DNA of 43,256 bases, taken from positions 1 to 43,256 of the IMG/VR virus record IMGVR_UViG_3300027419_000010; one strand, given 5' to 3'. Positions 18,413-26,057 of the stretch are shown here, piece after piece; position 1 is the stretch's first letter, and every line of letters starts with the position of its first letter. The translations under genes and the position numbers were made by a program. The notes under the pieces were generated by a model that saw nothing but the letters and a program-made list of their open reading frames with translations, had not been told where the DNA came from and did not search any database. This stretch comes from a virus (lineage: Duplodnaviria; Caudoviricetes).

Positions 18413-18424
18413 CCCTGAAAAAAT

Positions 18425-18461
18425 ATGATATAATGGTTATATCATCCCGATACGGTATCGG
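18425..18461 (+). promoter_or_regulatory. Extended -10 promoter overlaid by two palindromes (operator or recombination site)
   Basis: TGaTATAAT at 18426-18434; ATGATATAA-TGG-TTATATCAT and CCGATAC-G-GTATCGG. Confidence 0.6.
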
Positions 18462-18470
18462 TTGACATAC

Positions 18471-18530
18471 AGGCCCGTCTTTTGAAACCTCAAGTCTAGC
18501 AACGAGAGGGACTAGAAAGGCGGGTCTTTA
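18471..18530 (+). ncRNA. Integrase-leader hairpin, candidate antisense immunity RNA
   Basis: 13-bp AGGCCCGTCTTTT/GAAAGGCGGGTCT, inner CCTC/GAGG, apical loop AAGTCTAGCAACGA; stem ends 4 nt before the integrase ATG. Confidence 0.6.
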
Positions 18531-18531
18531 T

Positions 18532-19413
18532 ATGCTTCAAAAAGAGATAGATTTATATTTAAAATGGAAGAGCGGCAATTATCCCAGGGCGGCTAAAATG
18601 TATGAGATACATGTACGGCGCTTCAATGAATATAATAAAAAAGCATTGTCTGAAATAACTATAGAGAATGTAATAGATTTCAATGAAAGCATAAAAAACA
18701 AATACTCCCAGAATCACATCAACTACGCTATGACTGTAGTCAAGGACTTTCTGGGATTTTATTACAAACAGACCGTAAAGGGAAAGAGGAGGTGTAATAT
18801 AGACCCTTCACTGGTAAGGATCAGGAGGAACGAAGCCAACCCTCATTACGCCATTACGGAAAAAGAGTATCGTGAGCTTATAAATAAGATGCCGGAAAAC
18901 GAGTTTTGGCATGCTCAGTTAAAGATTATCGTACGGCTTTTATATGAAACAGGTATCCGCGTATCGGAATTAGTCAATCTGAATATCGAGGACATAGACA
19001 ACCCGAACCATATGGCTCTAATCATTACAAGGAAAGGACGGGAAAAAGGCTGGATAAAATGGAGCGACGACCTGCACGAGACTATGGTAAAGTTTTTAGG
19101 CGTGAGGCTTTGCATGAACCAACAGCCGCATTTGTTTTTAACCAGTACCGGACATAAGAGGCCGACAGTCAGGACTATTGAAAGGTGGGTGAAGAAAATA
19201 GTCCGGGAATATGATATGGATGAAAGGATCGTCGTCCATAGCTTCAGGCACGGCAAGGCGCATTATATGTATGATCATGGCGCGGATCTCGTGGCGGTCC
19301 ACAAGGCCCTTAGGCACAGTAAAAATAATGTCGGCGGCGCTATGCAGTATTTGAGATTCAATGAAAAAGAATCAGATAAGATTTTAACGGAGTTCCTGCC
19401 GGTGACCTATTGA
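18532..19413 (+). CDS. int: Tyrosine recombinase/integrase (XerC/D-like)
   Basis: Catalytic R (TGIRVSEL), K (RKG), HxxR (HSFRH), H (LRHS), Y (MQYL); N-terminal SAM-like domain. Confidence 0.93.
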   Translation: MLQKEIDLYLKWKSGNYPRAAKMYEIHVRRFNEYNKKALSEITIENVIDFNESIKNKYSQNHINYAMTVVKDFLGFYYKQTVKGKRRCNIDPSLVRIRRNEANPHYAITEKEYRELINKMPENEFWHAQLKIIVRLLYETGIRVSELVNLNIEDIDNPNHMALIITRKGREKGWIKWSDDLHETMVKFLGVRLCMNQQPHLFLTSTGHKRPTVRTIERWVKKIVREYDMDERIVVHSFRHGKAHYMYDHGADLVAVHKALRHSKNNVGGAMQYLRFNEKESDKILTEFLPVTY

Positions 19414-19438
19414 CCTTACTTATTTTATGTGATATACT
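19410..19438 (+). promoter_or_regulatory. Strong early promoter
   Basis: TTGACC-17nt-TATACT with TG extension, overlapping the integrase stop. Confidence 0.8.
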
Positions 19439-19444
19439 ACTGAT

Positions 19445-19815
19445 ATAGAACATTGAAATTCGTACGGAAAACAATTTCAGACTCGTTGGTCGCAACAGGA
19501 AAGGCTCAAAGCCTTTTAAAAAAACAAGTAGAATGTCGCAAAATCCTGCTTGTGCGAAAAGGGCTAGAATAAGCCAAGAAAACGAGTCTAAGAAACTCGT
19601 TTTTTTGTTGCTACGGGCCGATAGACCCAACGAGCTATCGGCCTATAGGAGCAAGTAAGGCATAGATTGCTTCATTTCTTAGGCTCCTGTGGATAACTCT
19701 CTTATCCATAGGGCTAAGGAAACGAACGGCCGGGCAGCAAGTAGCTAGTCTATACGACATTGGCACAAGCTTCCCGGCACGTCACGACCTAAAAAGGGTG
19801 GCCTAATCATTAGAC
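19445..19815 (+). ncRNA. About 370-nt structured early-operon leader with attenuator
   Basis: AGACTCGTT/AACGAGTCT antiterminator, internal multibranch, then hairpins GGCCGATAG/CTATCGGCC, TGTGGATAA/TTATCCATA and GCCGGG/CCCGGC; no plus-strand ORF in the track. Confidence 0.75.
19576..19606 (+). terminator. Conditional intrinsic terminator in the early leader
   Basis: AAAACGAGT-CTAAGAA-ACTCGTTTT plus T-run; its 5' strand is shared with the upstream antiterminator helix. Confidence 0.75.
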
Positions 19816-19822
19816 CAAACAA

Positions 19823-20419
19823 ATGACGCAAGTCAAAACGTACCGCATCGGAACTTATGAGCTTATCAACGGCAAATATGTCCTTAAAAATCATAACAGG
19901 ACGTACCGGGGAAAGCCCACCAAGCACATTGAAAAGATAGAAGCAAAAAGGAGAGAAGTGAGAAGAGGAATGGCGGTAATAGTCGCTTGCTTCATTATTA
20001 CGGCGTTACAGATTACTAATAGCTTCGAGATAGAGGCGGAAGGAGTGGCTGCCGGAGATGTAGTAGTCACGGCGGTTGCTCCTACTGACTACAGCGGAAT
20101 TCCTTACATTACCAAGATAGAGCCGAGCGTGGAGGAACAAATAAGAATGATTGCTGCGGAAAAGGATTTCAAATGGGCTGATTACTTGGTAAAGCTGGCG
20201 AACTGCGAAAGCAAGCTGAACCCGAAAGCTATCAACGATAAGAACAGGAACGGAAGTATAGATTGGGGATTGTTCCAATGGAACAGCGAACTTCCTCCGA
20301 TACCGATTACGAAAGACTGCGCTATGGATATCCGGTGTTCTACGGAAAAGACTATCGAGGCAATCAATATGGGATTGCAGGATCACTGGGTATGCAACGA
20401 TATAGTTTTAAACAATTAA
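19823..20419 (+). CDS. Membrane-anchored lysozyme-like/SLT transglycosylase
   Basis: TM segment, then CES..NP.A.N..N.NGS.DWGLFQWN catalytic motif. Confidence 0.8.
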   Translation: MTQVKTYRIGTYELINGKYVLKNHNRTYRGKPTKHIEKIEAKRREVRRGMAVIVACFIITALQITNSFEIEAEGVAAGDVVVTAVAPTDYSGIPYITKIEPSVEEQIRMIAAEKDFKWADYLVKLANCESKLNPKAINDKNRNGSIDWGLFQWNSELPPIPITKDCAMDIRCSTEKTIEAINMGLQDHWVCNDIVLNN

Positions 20420-20439
20420 GAACCTAGAAAGGTGTAACT

Positions 20440-20571
20440 ATGGAAGAAGACGAAATCGAAGACGATAGCAATATCGACACAAGCGATTATGAAGAAGATA
20501 TGGATTATGAGACTGCCAAGGATTTGAGAGCGGACAGGTGGCAGGGAATCCGGGCAACGTGCATGAGGTAA
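20440..20571 (+). CDS. 43-aa highly acidic peptide
   Basis: AGAAAGGTG upstream; MEEDEIEDDSNIDTSDYEEDMDYE..., 16 of 43 residues D/E. Confidence 0.6.
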   Translation: MEEDEIEDDSNIDTSDYEEDMDYETAKDLRADRWQGIRATCMR

Positions 20572-20589
20572 TTAACTAATTTGAATTTT

Positions 20590-20772
20590 ATGTCGAGAGT
20601 AGAAATTGAAAAAAAGATTTCTTTCCAAAAAGAAAAAATCGAAACGTTAGAAGAACAAATGAAATCGGAAAGAGAGGAAATGAACGCACTGGTTATGGAT
20701 CTAGAGGCAAGTCTTAGAGAAGAATTGACAGAAGTGCTTGCCGAAAACGAACAGCTAAGGCAGAGAGCCTAG
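20590..20772 (+). CDS. Coiled-coil hypothetical protein
   Basis: Heptad-rich 60 aa; ATG at 20590 preferred over TTG at 20581. Confidence 0.6.
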   Translation: MSRVEIEKKISFQKEKIETLEEQMKSEREEMNALVMDLEASLREELTEVLAENEQLRQRA

Positions 20773-20864
20773 GTAAAGCATTAAAAGGTAAAGGCCGTGT
20801 GGGTGTATATATAAAGCTGGGTCGCTTTACCCCCAGCGATGTATATACCCATACGGTGTAAAGC
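20772..20864 (+). ncRNA. recT leader: long hairpin with pseudoknot-capable loop
   Basis: 19-bp stem 20794-20812/20839-20857 whose four non-WC pairs are all G-U on the + strand; loop GCTTTACC complementary to flanking GTAAAG copies. Confidence 0.7.
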
Positions 20865-20870
20865 AACACA

Positions 20871-21671
20871 ATGAACAAGGATAATATCATAAAACTTTTG
20901 CCGGATTATGTTCCGGAACAAGTAGAAAGTTTTGCGGCATATTGCATGAGGCTTTATCTCGAAAGGGATAAAAGCGGTAAGCCGAAGAATGCCTGGATGC
21001 AACAAAAAACCGACGAGCAAATGGCAACGCTTTTTAAGAGAGTTGCAAAGGACGGAATGGTGTTCGACGGAATACATATAACCTTACAAGCGACTGGGAT
21101 CAGCTATGACTACATAGCATATAAAAATAAGATGTTCATATCTTACCCGGAAAGCACAATAGATGTCGGTTTGGTGTATGAGGGCGACGATTTCAAAGTA
21201 TCGAAAGAAACCGGAAGTGTGATGTATCACCACAATGTATCCGATCCTTTCGGACAAACGCCGGACAATCTCAAAGGTGGCTACTGTATCATCAAGAACA
21301 AGAGAGGCGAGTTTATAACGCTTCTCAGTAAGGATGACATAGAGAAGCACAGGAAGGTAGCCAAGACCGATTATATCTGGAAAGACTGGTTTACTGAAAT
21401 GGCCACTAAGACGGTTATAAAAAAGGCTTGCAAACTCCATTTCTCCGACATTTACCAGAACATCGAGAAAATGGATAACGAGAATTACGACCTGGAAAAT
21501 CCGTTGGAGTTAGACTTGAAAACCAAGCAGGAGATTGACGGCATATGCGACATAGAAGCATTAAAGAAATACTACTTGGAAAACAAAGGTCGAGGAAAGG
21601 AGTTCGGCAAATATGTGACTATCCGTAAGCAACAAATCAATGAAGATACACAACTTCAGCCAGCAGAGTGA
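20871..21671 (+). CDS. recT: RecT-family ssDNA annealing protein
   Basis: VYEGDDF, GGYCII, IEKHRKVAK...W..WF.EMA.KTVIKKACK; paired with a YqaJ exonuclease. Confidence 0.85.
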   Translation: MNKDNIIKLLPDYVPEQVESFAAYCMRLYLERDKSGKPKNAWMQQKTDEQMATLFKRVAKDGMVFDGIHITLQATGISYDYIAYKNKMFISYPESTIDVGLVYEGDDFKVSKETGSVMYHHNVSDPFGQTPDNLKGGYCIIKNKRGEFITLLSKDDIEKHRKVAKTDYIWKDWFTEMATKTVIKKACKLHFSDIYQNIEKMDNENYDLENPLELDLKTKQEIDGICDIEALKKYYLENKGRGKEFGKYVTIRKQQINEDTQLQPAE

Positions 21672-22236
21672 GGACTGGTTCAATATCCGCAAGGGTAAGA
21701 TGACCGCTTCTCATGCTCAGGCGATAGGAAACAATGGAAAGGGCCTTGAAAGCTATATTATGGAGCTTATGGCAGAATATTATTCTATCTCTGAAAAAGA
21801 CTACTTCTCGAATGGCGACACGGAAAGAGGGATAGAGCTGGAGGAACAAGCACGATCCATTTACGAACTAGAAAGAGATATAAAGGTCGAGCAGGTCGGA
21901 TTTATAGAATATAACGATTTCGCAGGTTGCAGCCCCGATGGATTGATAGGGGAAGACGGAGGGATTGAGATAAAGAGCTTGAATGACTGCAACCATTTCA
22001 AGCTCTGGATAAACGGAGAGAAAGAGATAGACACAAAGCATCTCTGGCAAATACAAATGAATCTCCTTATAACAGGGCGCAAATGGTGGGATTTTATAAG
22101 CTACAATCCTAACTATCAGAAAGAGCTTGTAGTTTATAGGATTCTGCCGGACGAGAAAATGCAAGAGAAGATATTGGAAGGAATAGAGAAGGGGATGAAG
22201 AAGATAAAGGAAATAAAAGAGCTATGCGAAGAATAA
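21640..22236 (+). CDS. YqaJ/lambda-exonuclease family
   Basis: Q.SEDW...R.G..TAS, RG..LE..AR..YE, GCSPDGL, IEIK, QIQ..L...G..W.DF.SY. Confidence 0.92.
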   Translation: MKIHNFSQQSEDWFNIRKGKMTASHAQAIGNNGKGLESYIMELMAEYYSISEKDYFSNGDTERGIELEEQARSIYELERDIKVEQVGFIEYNDFAGCSPDGLIGEDGGIEIKSLNDCNHFKLWINGEKEIDTKHLWQIQMNLLITGRKWWDFISYNPNYQKELVVYRILPDEKMQEKILEGIEKGMKKIKEIKELCEE

Positions 22237-22586
22237 GCCCACGCGTTCGGAAAATCATTGACAGCGATCCTTTTTACAGAAGATGCTGCATAACCGGAAG
22301 TATCAATGTATCAATGGAGCATTGCTGGATATACGAAGGCAGACAGATAGACGAAGCGTGGGCGATTGTCCCTCTTAGGCGAGACTTAAACACCTCTCAT
22401 CCTCCGAAGGACGTAAAGGATAAATGCCGACTGATAAGCCTTATAAGGGCAAAACCGGACGAGCTTAGAAAATATCCTAAAAAGAACTGGCAGCAAGAGC
22501 TACATCATCTAAAAACTAAATATCCAGAATTTTATGAGCGACATTCTACAATTTCCCTCTCAAGTCGAGAGTATCAGAACGCTTAA
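22224..22586 (+). CDS. Putative HNH-like nuclease (Ref/DUF968-like)
   Basis: CC...EH...AIVPL pattern in the recombination module. Confidence 0.4.
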   Translation: MRRISPRVRKIIDSDPFYRRCCITGSINVSMEHCWIYEGRQIDEAWAIVPLRRDLNTSHPPKDVKDKCRLISLIRAKPDELRKYPKKNWQQELHHLKTKYPEFYERHSTISLSSREYQNA

Positions 22587-22893
22587 AGACGGAAGTATAA
22601 AGGTCGATATCGAAACCCAAGAGCTACCGCCGGAAGATATGACCAAGCTCTTTGAGTTTAAGAATAAGCCGATATGGATAGCTTTCAAAGAGACGGATAT
22701 CAAGTATGAGGACTTAGACATCAAAGAGCCAGCGCCGGAATTCAAGACCGACAAAAGCCCTAGCCAGAGATTAAGATCCGTCCTGTATCGCTACTGGGAA
22801 CAAAAGTATTCTACGGCCTACACCAACTTCGATGACTTCTATAAAAAGACTGTGGATCAGATATGCAAGCAGTATAAAGATAAATTAGATTAG
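22534..22893 (+). CDS. Conserved phage hypothetical protein
   Basis: 119 aa; TLKDGSIK...TQEL and KSPSQRLRSVLY.YW motifs. Confidence 0.65.
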   Translation: MSDILQFPSQVESIRTLKDGSIKVDIETQELPPEDMTKLFEFKNKPIWIAFKETDIKYEDLDIKEPAPEFKTDKSPSQRLRSVLYRYWEQKYSTAYTNFDDFYKKTVDQICKQYKDKLD

Positions 22894-22931
22894 TTTCTGT
22901 TTAGTTAATAAGACCAGCTAAGTAAACGGAA

Positions 22932-23186
22932 ATGACACAAAAAAACATCGTATTGTCGTATTTGAAGAACAAGCGGAGATGGATTCCAAGCTATGACCTC
23001 GTTAAAATCGCAACTCCTTACGGCTTCCTTCCTAAAAACGGAGACAGGAGGGCAAGGGAATTAGTCGCAGCAGGAATAGTAGAGCGTGAAATTGGAAAGA
23101 ATCTAAGAAACGTAAGGAACTCAGAAGGCATGCCGGTAGAGGGGAAGGTGGCGTGCTTTAGGGTTAAGAAAGGAATCGGATCATGA
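22932..23186 (+). CDS. Putative winged-helix DNA-binding protein
   Basis: TQKNIVLSYL...RRARELV..G.VER. Confidence 0.5.
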   Translation: MTQKNIVLSYLKNKRRWIPSYDLVKIATPYGFLPKNGDRRARELVAAGIVEREIGKNLRNVRNSEGMPVEGKVACFRVKKGIGS

Positions 23187-24241
23187 GCAAGAAGCGGTAT
23201 GTGGATACGAAGTTTTGGGACGATGAGTATATTGTAAATTTAGATCCGTCTGAGAAGCTATTATTTTTGTATTTTCTGACAAATCCCTTAACGGACATTT
23301 GCGGAATATATGAAATAACACTAAGAAGAATATCTTTCGACACAGGATTCGATAAAGATATGGTTATAAAGATTTTAGAAAGATTCGCTGCTGATAAAAA
23401 AATATATTACATAGACGGATATGTATATATAAAAAATTTCTCTAAACACCAAGCAGATAATATGAGCGTGCAAAGGGGAATAGAAAGAAGTATGGCGGAT
23501 ATACCATCCAAAGTCTTTGAACAAATAAAGAAAATAGACGAACGTATAAAAGACCCAGAAAGAGTAGAGATAAGGGGATATGGAGTAAAAGAGTATGTAA
23601 GAAAAAAAATACTAGATAGAGACGGTAGTAAATGCGTATTATGTGGATCTGAGGAAAATTTAGAGATTGACCACATAAAGCCTATTAGAGAAGGAGGGGA
23701 TAACTCTAACGATAATCTCAGGGTTTTATGTAGGAAGTGCAATCAAGAAAGAAATAGGGAATATTACGACAAATATAAAAGAAAAGAAACAAACTGCGAC
23801 AGCCTGTCGGAGACTGCGACAGACTGCGACATACCTAACTCTAACTTAAACTTAACTAAACCTAAACTAAACTCTAACTTAAACTCTAACTTAAACTCTA
23901 ACGCGGAGAGTGAGGATCAAGAAATTCTGAAATATACTCCGAGAGACAAAGAGCTTACCGATATCCTTCTTTCCAAGGTCCGAGAAAATTATCCATTCTT
24001 AAGAACTAAGACGGACGCACAGCTTGTTTCGGACTACGAGGAAATGAATAAGCTGAGCCGGATAGACGGATACACCTACGAGCAGATCGAGTTTATCATC
24101 AACTTCTCGCAGCATGACAATTTCTGGAAGCAGAATATCCGGTCGGTCACCAAGCTACGCAAACAGTTCGAGGAACTTATTGTAAAAGCAAAGAGCAAAT
24201 ACACGGCTAAAAGAAAGCAGATAATAGGCTTAAACACTTAA
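23183..24241 (+). CDS. Replication initiator with inserted HNH endonuclease domain
   Basis: N-terminal FWDD..I..L...EKLLFLY..TN....CGIY initiator domain; C..C...LEIDHI.P...GG.N...NLR.LC..CN HNH; C-terminal D.FW..NI.S..KLR..F; internal iterons. Confidence 0.8.
   Translation: MSKKRYVDTKFWDDEYIVNLDPSEKLLFLYFLTNPLTDICGIYEITLRRISFDTGFDKDMVIKILERFAADKKIYYIDGYVYIKNFSKHQADNMSVQRGIERSMADIPSKVFEQIKKIDERIKDPERVEIRGYGVKEYVRKKILDRDGSKCVLCGSEENLEIDHIKPIREGGDNSNDNLRVLCRKCNQERNREYYDKYKRKETNCDSLSETATDCDIPNSNLNLTKPKLNSNLNSNLNSNAESEDQEILKYTPRDKELTDILLSKVRENYPFLRTKTDAQLVSDYEEMNKLSRIDGYTYEQIEFIINFSQHDNFWKQNIRSVTKLRKQFEELIVKAKSKYTAKRKQIIGLNT
23791..23902. repeat. Probable replication origin: iterons plus AT-rich strand-biased repeats
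   Basis: ACTGCGACA x3 in 10-bp phase (23793, 23813, 23823) with inverted CGACAG-C-CTGTCG; AACTCTAAC x4; no G on the + strand at 23831-23902. Confidence 0.7.
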
Positions 24242-24243
24242 TT

Positions 24244-24546
24244 ATGAACGCATTTATCGTAAACACTAGCAAAGGATCGGTCCAGATTGACGGCGACGAG
24301 GTGAATAAAGTATTGCAGGGCATAGCTTCCGGCAGTCCGGTAGTGGTCCGGCAAGGTATAATCAATCCGAGTTTCTTTGTAAACATTATCGAAGACGTGG
24401 AAAGAATATGCGAGCACAAGAGGGATATAGCGGATGTTATGCGGAAAAACGAGCAATTTGAGAAATACGGCGTAGGTCAAAAACAAGAATATCCGGAATT
24501 AGAACCGCTTAAAAACATCTTTAGCGACATAAAATTACTAACATGA
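24244..24546 (+). CDS. Hypothetical protein downstream of the initiator
   Basis: 100 aa, operon packing. Confidence 0.65.
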   Translation: MNAFIVNTSKGSVQIDGDEVNKVLQGIASGSPVVVRQGIINPSFFVNIIEDVERICEHKRDIADVMRKNEQFEKYGVGQKQEYPELEPLKNIFSDIKLLT

Positions 24547-24893
24547 TCGAGCAACAGTCTGTAAATGTTTATTCAGAAAGCGAAACAAACCGCATAAACA
24601 TGTCTCGTTGGGACATTACCAGAAAGATAGAATATAACATCACCCACAAATTTTCTTACGATTTTCTCCTGAAATACGGCTACTCACGATTCCTTAACAA
24701 TCCCAAATATATCCCCGGAGATTGGAAAAATTACAGTCCGGATCAAGTCGGAGAGTTGTTTCTAGATATTTACCGCAACGAATACGCCGAGGACTTCAAA
24801 AGGATTTATGCCGATTTCAAGAAATACTTTGAGGAAAACAAGAAAGAGGGTTGGATTCCGAAGGAGCTTTATCAATCTTTTTTAAAGGCATGA
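24543..24893 (+). CDS. Hypothetical protein
   Basis: 116 aa, ATGA overlap. Confidence 0.65.
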   Translation: MIEQQSVNVYSESETNRINMSRWDITRKIEYNITHKFSYDFLLKYGYSRFLNNPKYIPGDWKNYSPDQVGELFLDIYRNEYAEDFKRIYADFKKYFEENKKEGWIPKELYQSFLKA

Positions 24894-25066
24894 ATAAATT
24901 AGAAGAATCGTTTTTGGAAGCGCTAGGTATGGCGTTTAAAAAAGGTTTCAAGACTGGATACGAAGAGGCAAGTGGAGAAGCTTTTACCGGAACTATCGCG
25001 GAAGAGGTTTTAGAAGAATCTGTCGAGGAAACAAAAGAAGAATTTAAAAATACCTTTAAAATATGA
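24890..25066 (+). CDS. Hypothetical protein
   Basis: 58 aa from the ATGA-overlap start. Confidence 0.55.
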   Translation: MNKLEESFLEALGMAFKKGFKTGYEEASGEAFTGTIAEEVLEESVEETKEEFKNTFKI

Positions 25067-25293
25067 CCAAAGAACAATCCTCCGACCTCCTTACCTGGGT
25101 CCAGCATAACTACCAGACGCTTTACTACCGCAAAGGCTACAAGATAAAGGAGCTAATCAAATCTATGTCAGATATGAAGGTTAAAGACGCGAAAATAGAA
25201 CTCCAAAAAAAGTTAATCCAACTAAACAACGGCTTATGCTCAAATACATCCTCCAATTCCTCGGCCTCCGGTGCAAATGCGGCGGAAAGATGA
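25063..25293 (+). CDS. Hypothetical protein
   Basis: 76 aa, ATGA overlap. Confidence 0.55.
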   Translation: MTKEQSSDLLTWVQHNYQTLYYRKGYKIKELIKSMSDMKVKDAKIELQKKLIQLNNGLCSNTSSNSSASGANAAER

Positions 25294-25367
25294 AAGAGGT
25301 AAAGGGTTGGAACTTCGACGAGTGCGATCGGTGCGGAAAGAAGAAATATTATCAAAATTATTTTTAA
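25236..25367 (+). CDS. 43-aa zinc-ribbon protein
   Basis: RCKCGG...ECDRCGK. Confidence 0.5.
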   Translation: MLKYILQFLGLRCKCGGKMKEVKGWNFDECDRCGKKKYYQNYF

Positions 25368-25371
25368 GGAG

Positions 25372-25920
25372 ATGAGAATATTGGTGGCTTGTGAATTTAG
25401 CGGAATAGTCCGAGAAGCATTTACCAAAAAAGGACATAATGCAACGAGCTGTGACCTGCTTCCAAGCGAATTACCCGGAAAGCATTACTTGGGAGATGTT
25501 GAAGATATTTTATATGAAGATTGGGATATGATGATAGCTCATCCGCCTTGCACACATTTGGCAGTATCGGGGGCGAGGTGGTTCAAAGATAAGCAACAGG
25601 AGCAGAAAGAAGCGTTGGAATTTGTAAGACTTTTGATGGAGGCACCGATTGAAAGAATTTGTATCGAAAATCCTATCAGTATTATCAGTAGCAAGATACG
25701 CAAGCCAGACCAAGTAATACAGCCTTGGATGTTCGGTCACGGAGAAACAAAAGCTACCTGCTTGTGGCTTAAAAATCTTCCCAAATTGCAACCGACAAGT
25801 ATCGTGGAAGGCCGAGAAAGCAGAATACACAAAATGCCACCCGGACCGGATCGGTGGAAGGAAAGAAGCCGCACTTTTACAGGAATAGCAGAAGCTATGG
25901 CTGAACAATGGAATTTTTAA
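25372..25920 (+). CDS. Putative DNA cytosine-5 methyltransferase (short phage type)
   Basis: MRILVACEFSG.VR.AF, HPPC catalytic motif, IENP, IQPW.FGH.E.K.T.LW. Confidence 0.75.
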   Translation: MRILVACEFSGIVREAFTKKGHNATSCDLLPSELPGKHYLGDVEDILYEDWDMMIAHPPCTHLAVSGARWFKDKQQEQKEALEFVRLLMEAPIERICIENPISIISSKIRKPDQVIQPWMFGHGETKATCLWLKNLPKLQPTSIVEGRESRIHKMPPGPDRWKERSRTFTGIAEAMAEQWNF

Positions 25921-25937
25921 CTTTTTAACTAACCTCT

Positions 25938-26057
25938 ATGTCCGGCAGAACAACCAAACTGTTAAAATGGATCTTCCAACAACTCAACGACAGACTACCT
26001 ACTAGATCAGAGTTTAGGAGATACAAGAAGGATTATCAATTAACTAAGGAGATATGA
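25938..26057 (+). CDS. 39-aa basic peptide
   Basis: MSGRTTKLLKW...*, ATGA-coupled to the next gene. Confidence 0.4.
   Translation: MSGRTTKLLKWIFQQLNDRLPTRSEFRRYKKDYQLTKEI

Noticed and set aside
18425-18445. XerCD dif site
   Set aside because: ATAA and TTAT are 3 nt apart rather than 6, and the arms do not match dif consensus
19488-19560. c-di-GMP-I riboswitch suggested by GTCGCAAA
   Set aside because: Lacks the GGCAAA/GAAA tetraloop-receptor arrangement
20772-20864. Retron msr/msd or DGR element
   Set aside because: No reverse transcriptase in the genome and no TR/VR pair noticed
23791-23902. CRISPR array or mini-array
   Set aside because: Repeats are 9-12 bp, tandem, without unique spacers and inside a CDS; no cas genes
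25372-25920. CCGG as the methylase target, since CCGG looks frequent
   Set aside because: Not counted; frequent ACC/GCC-GGA codon pairs could explain it, and methylome data would be needed
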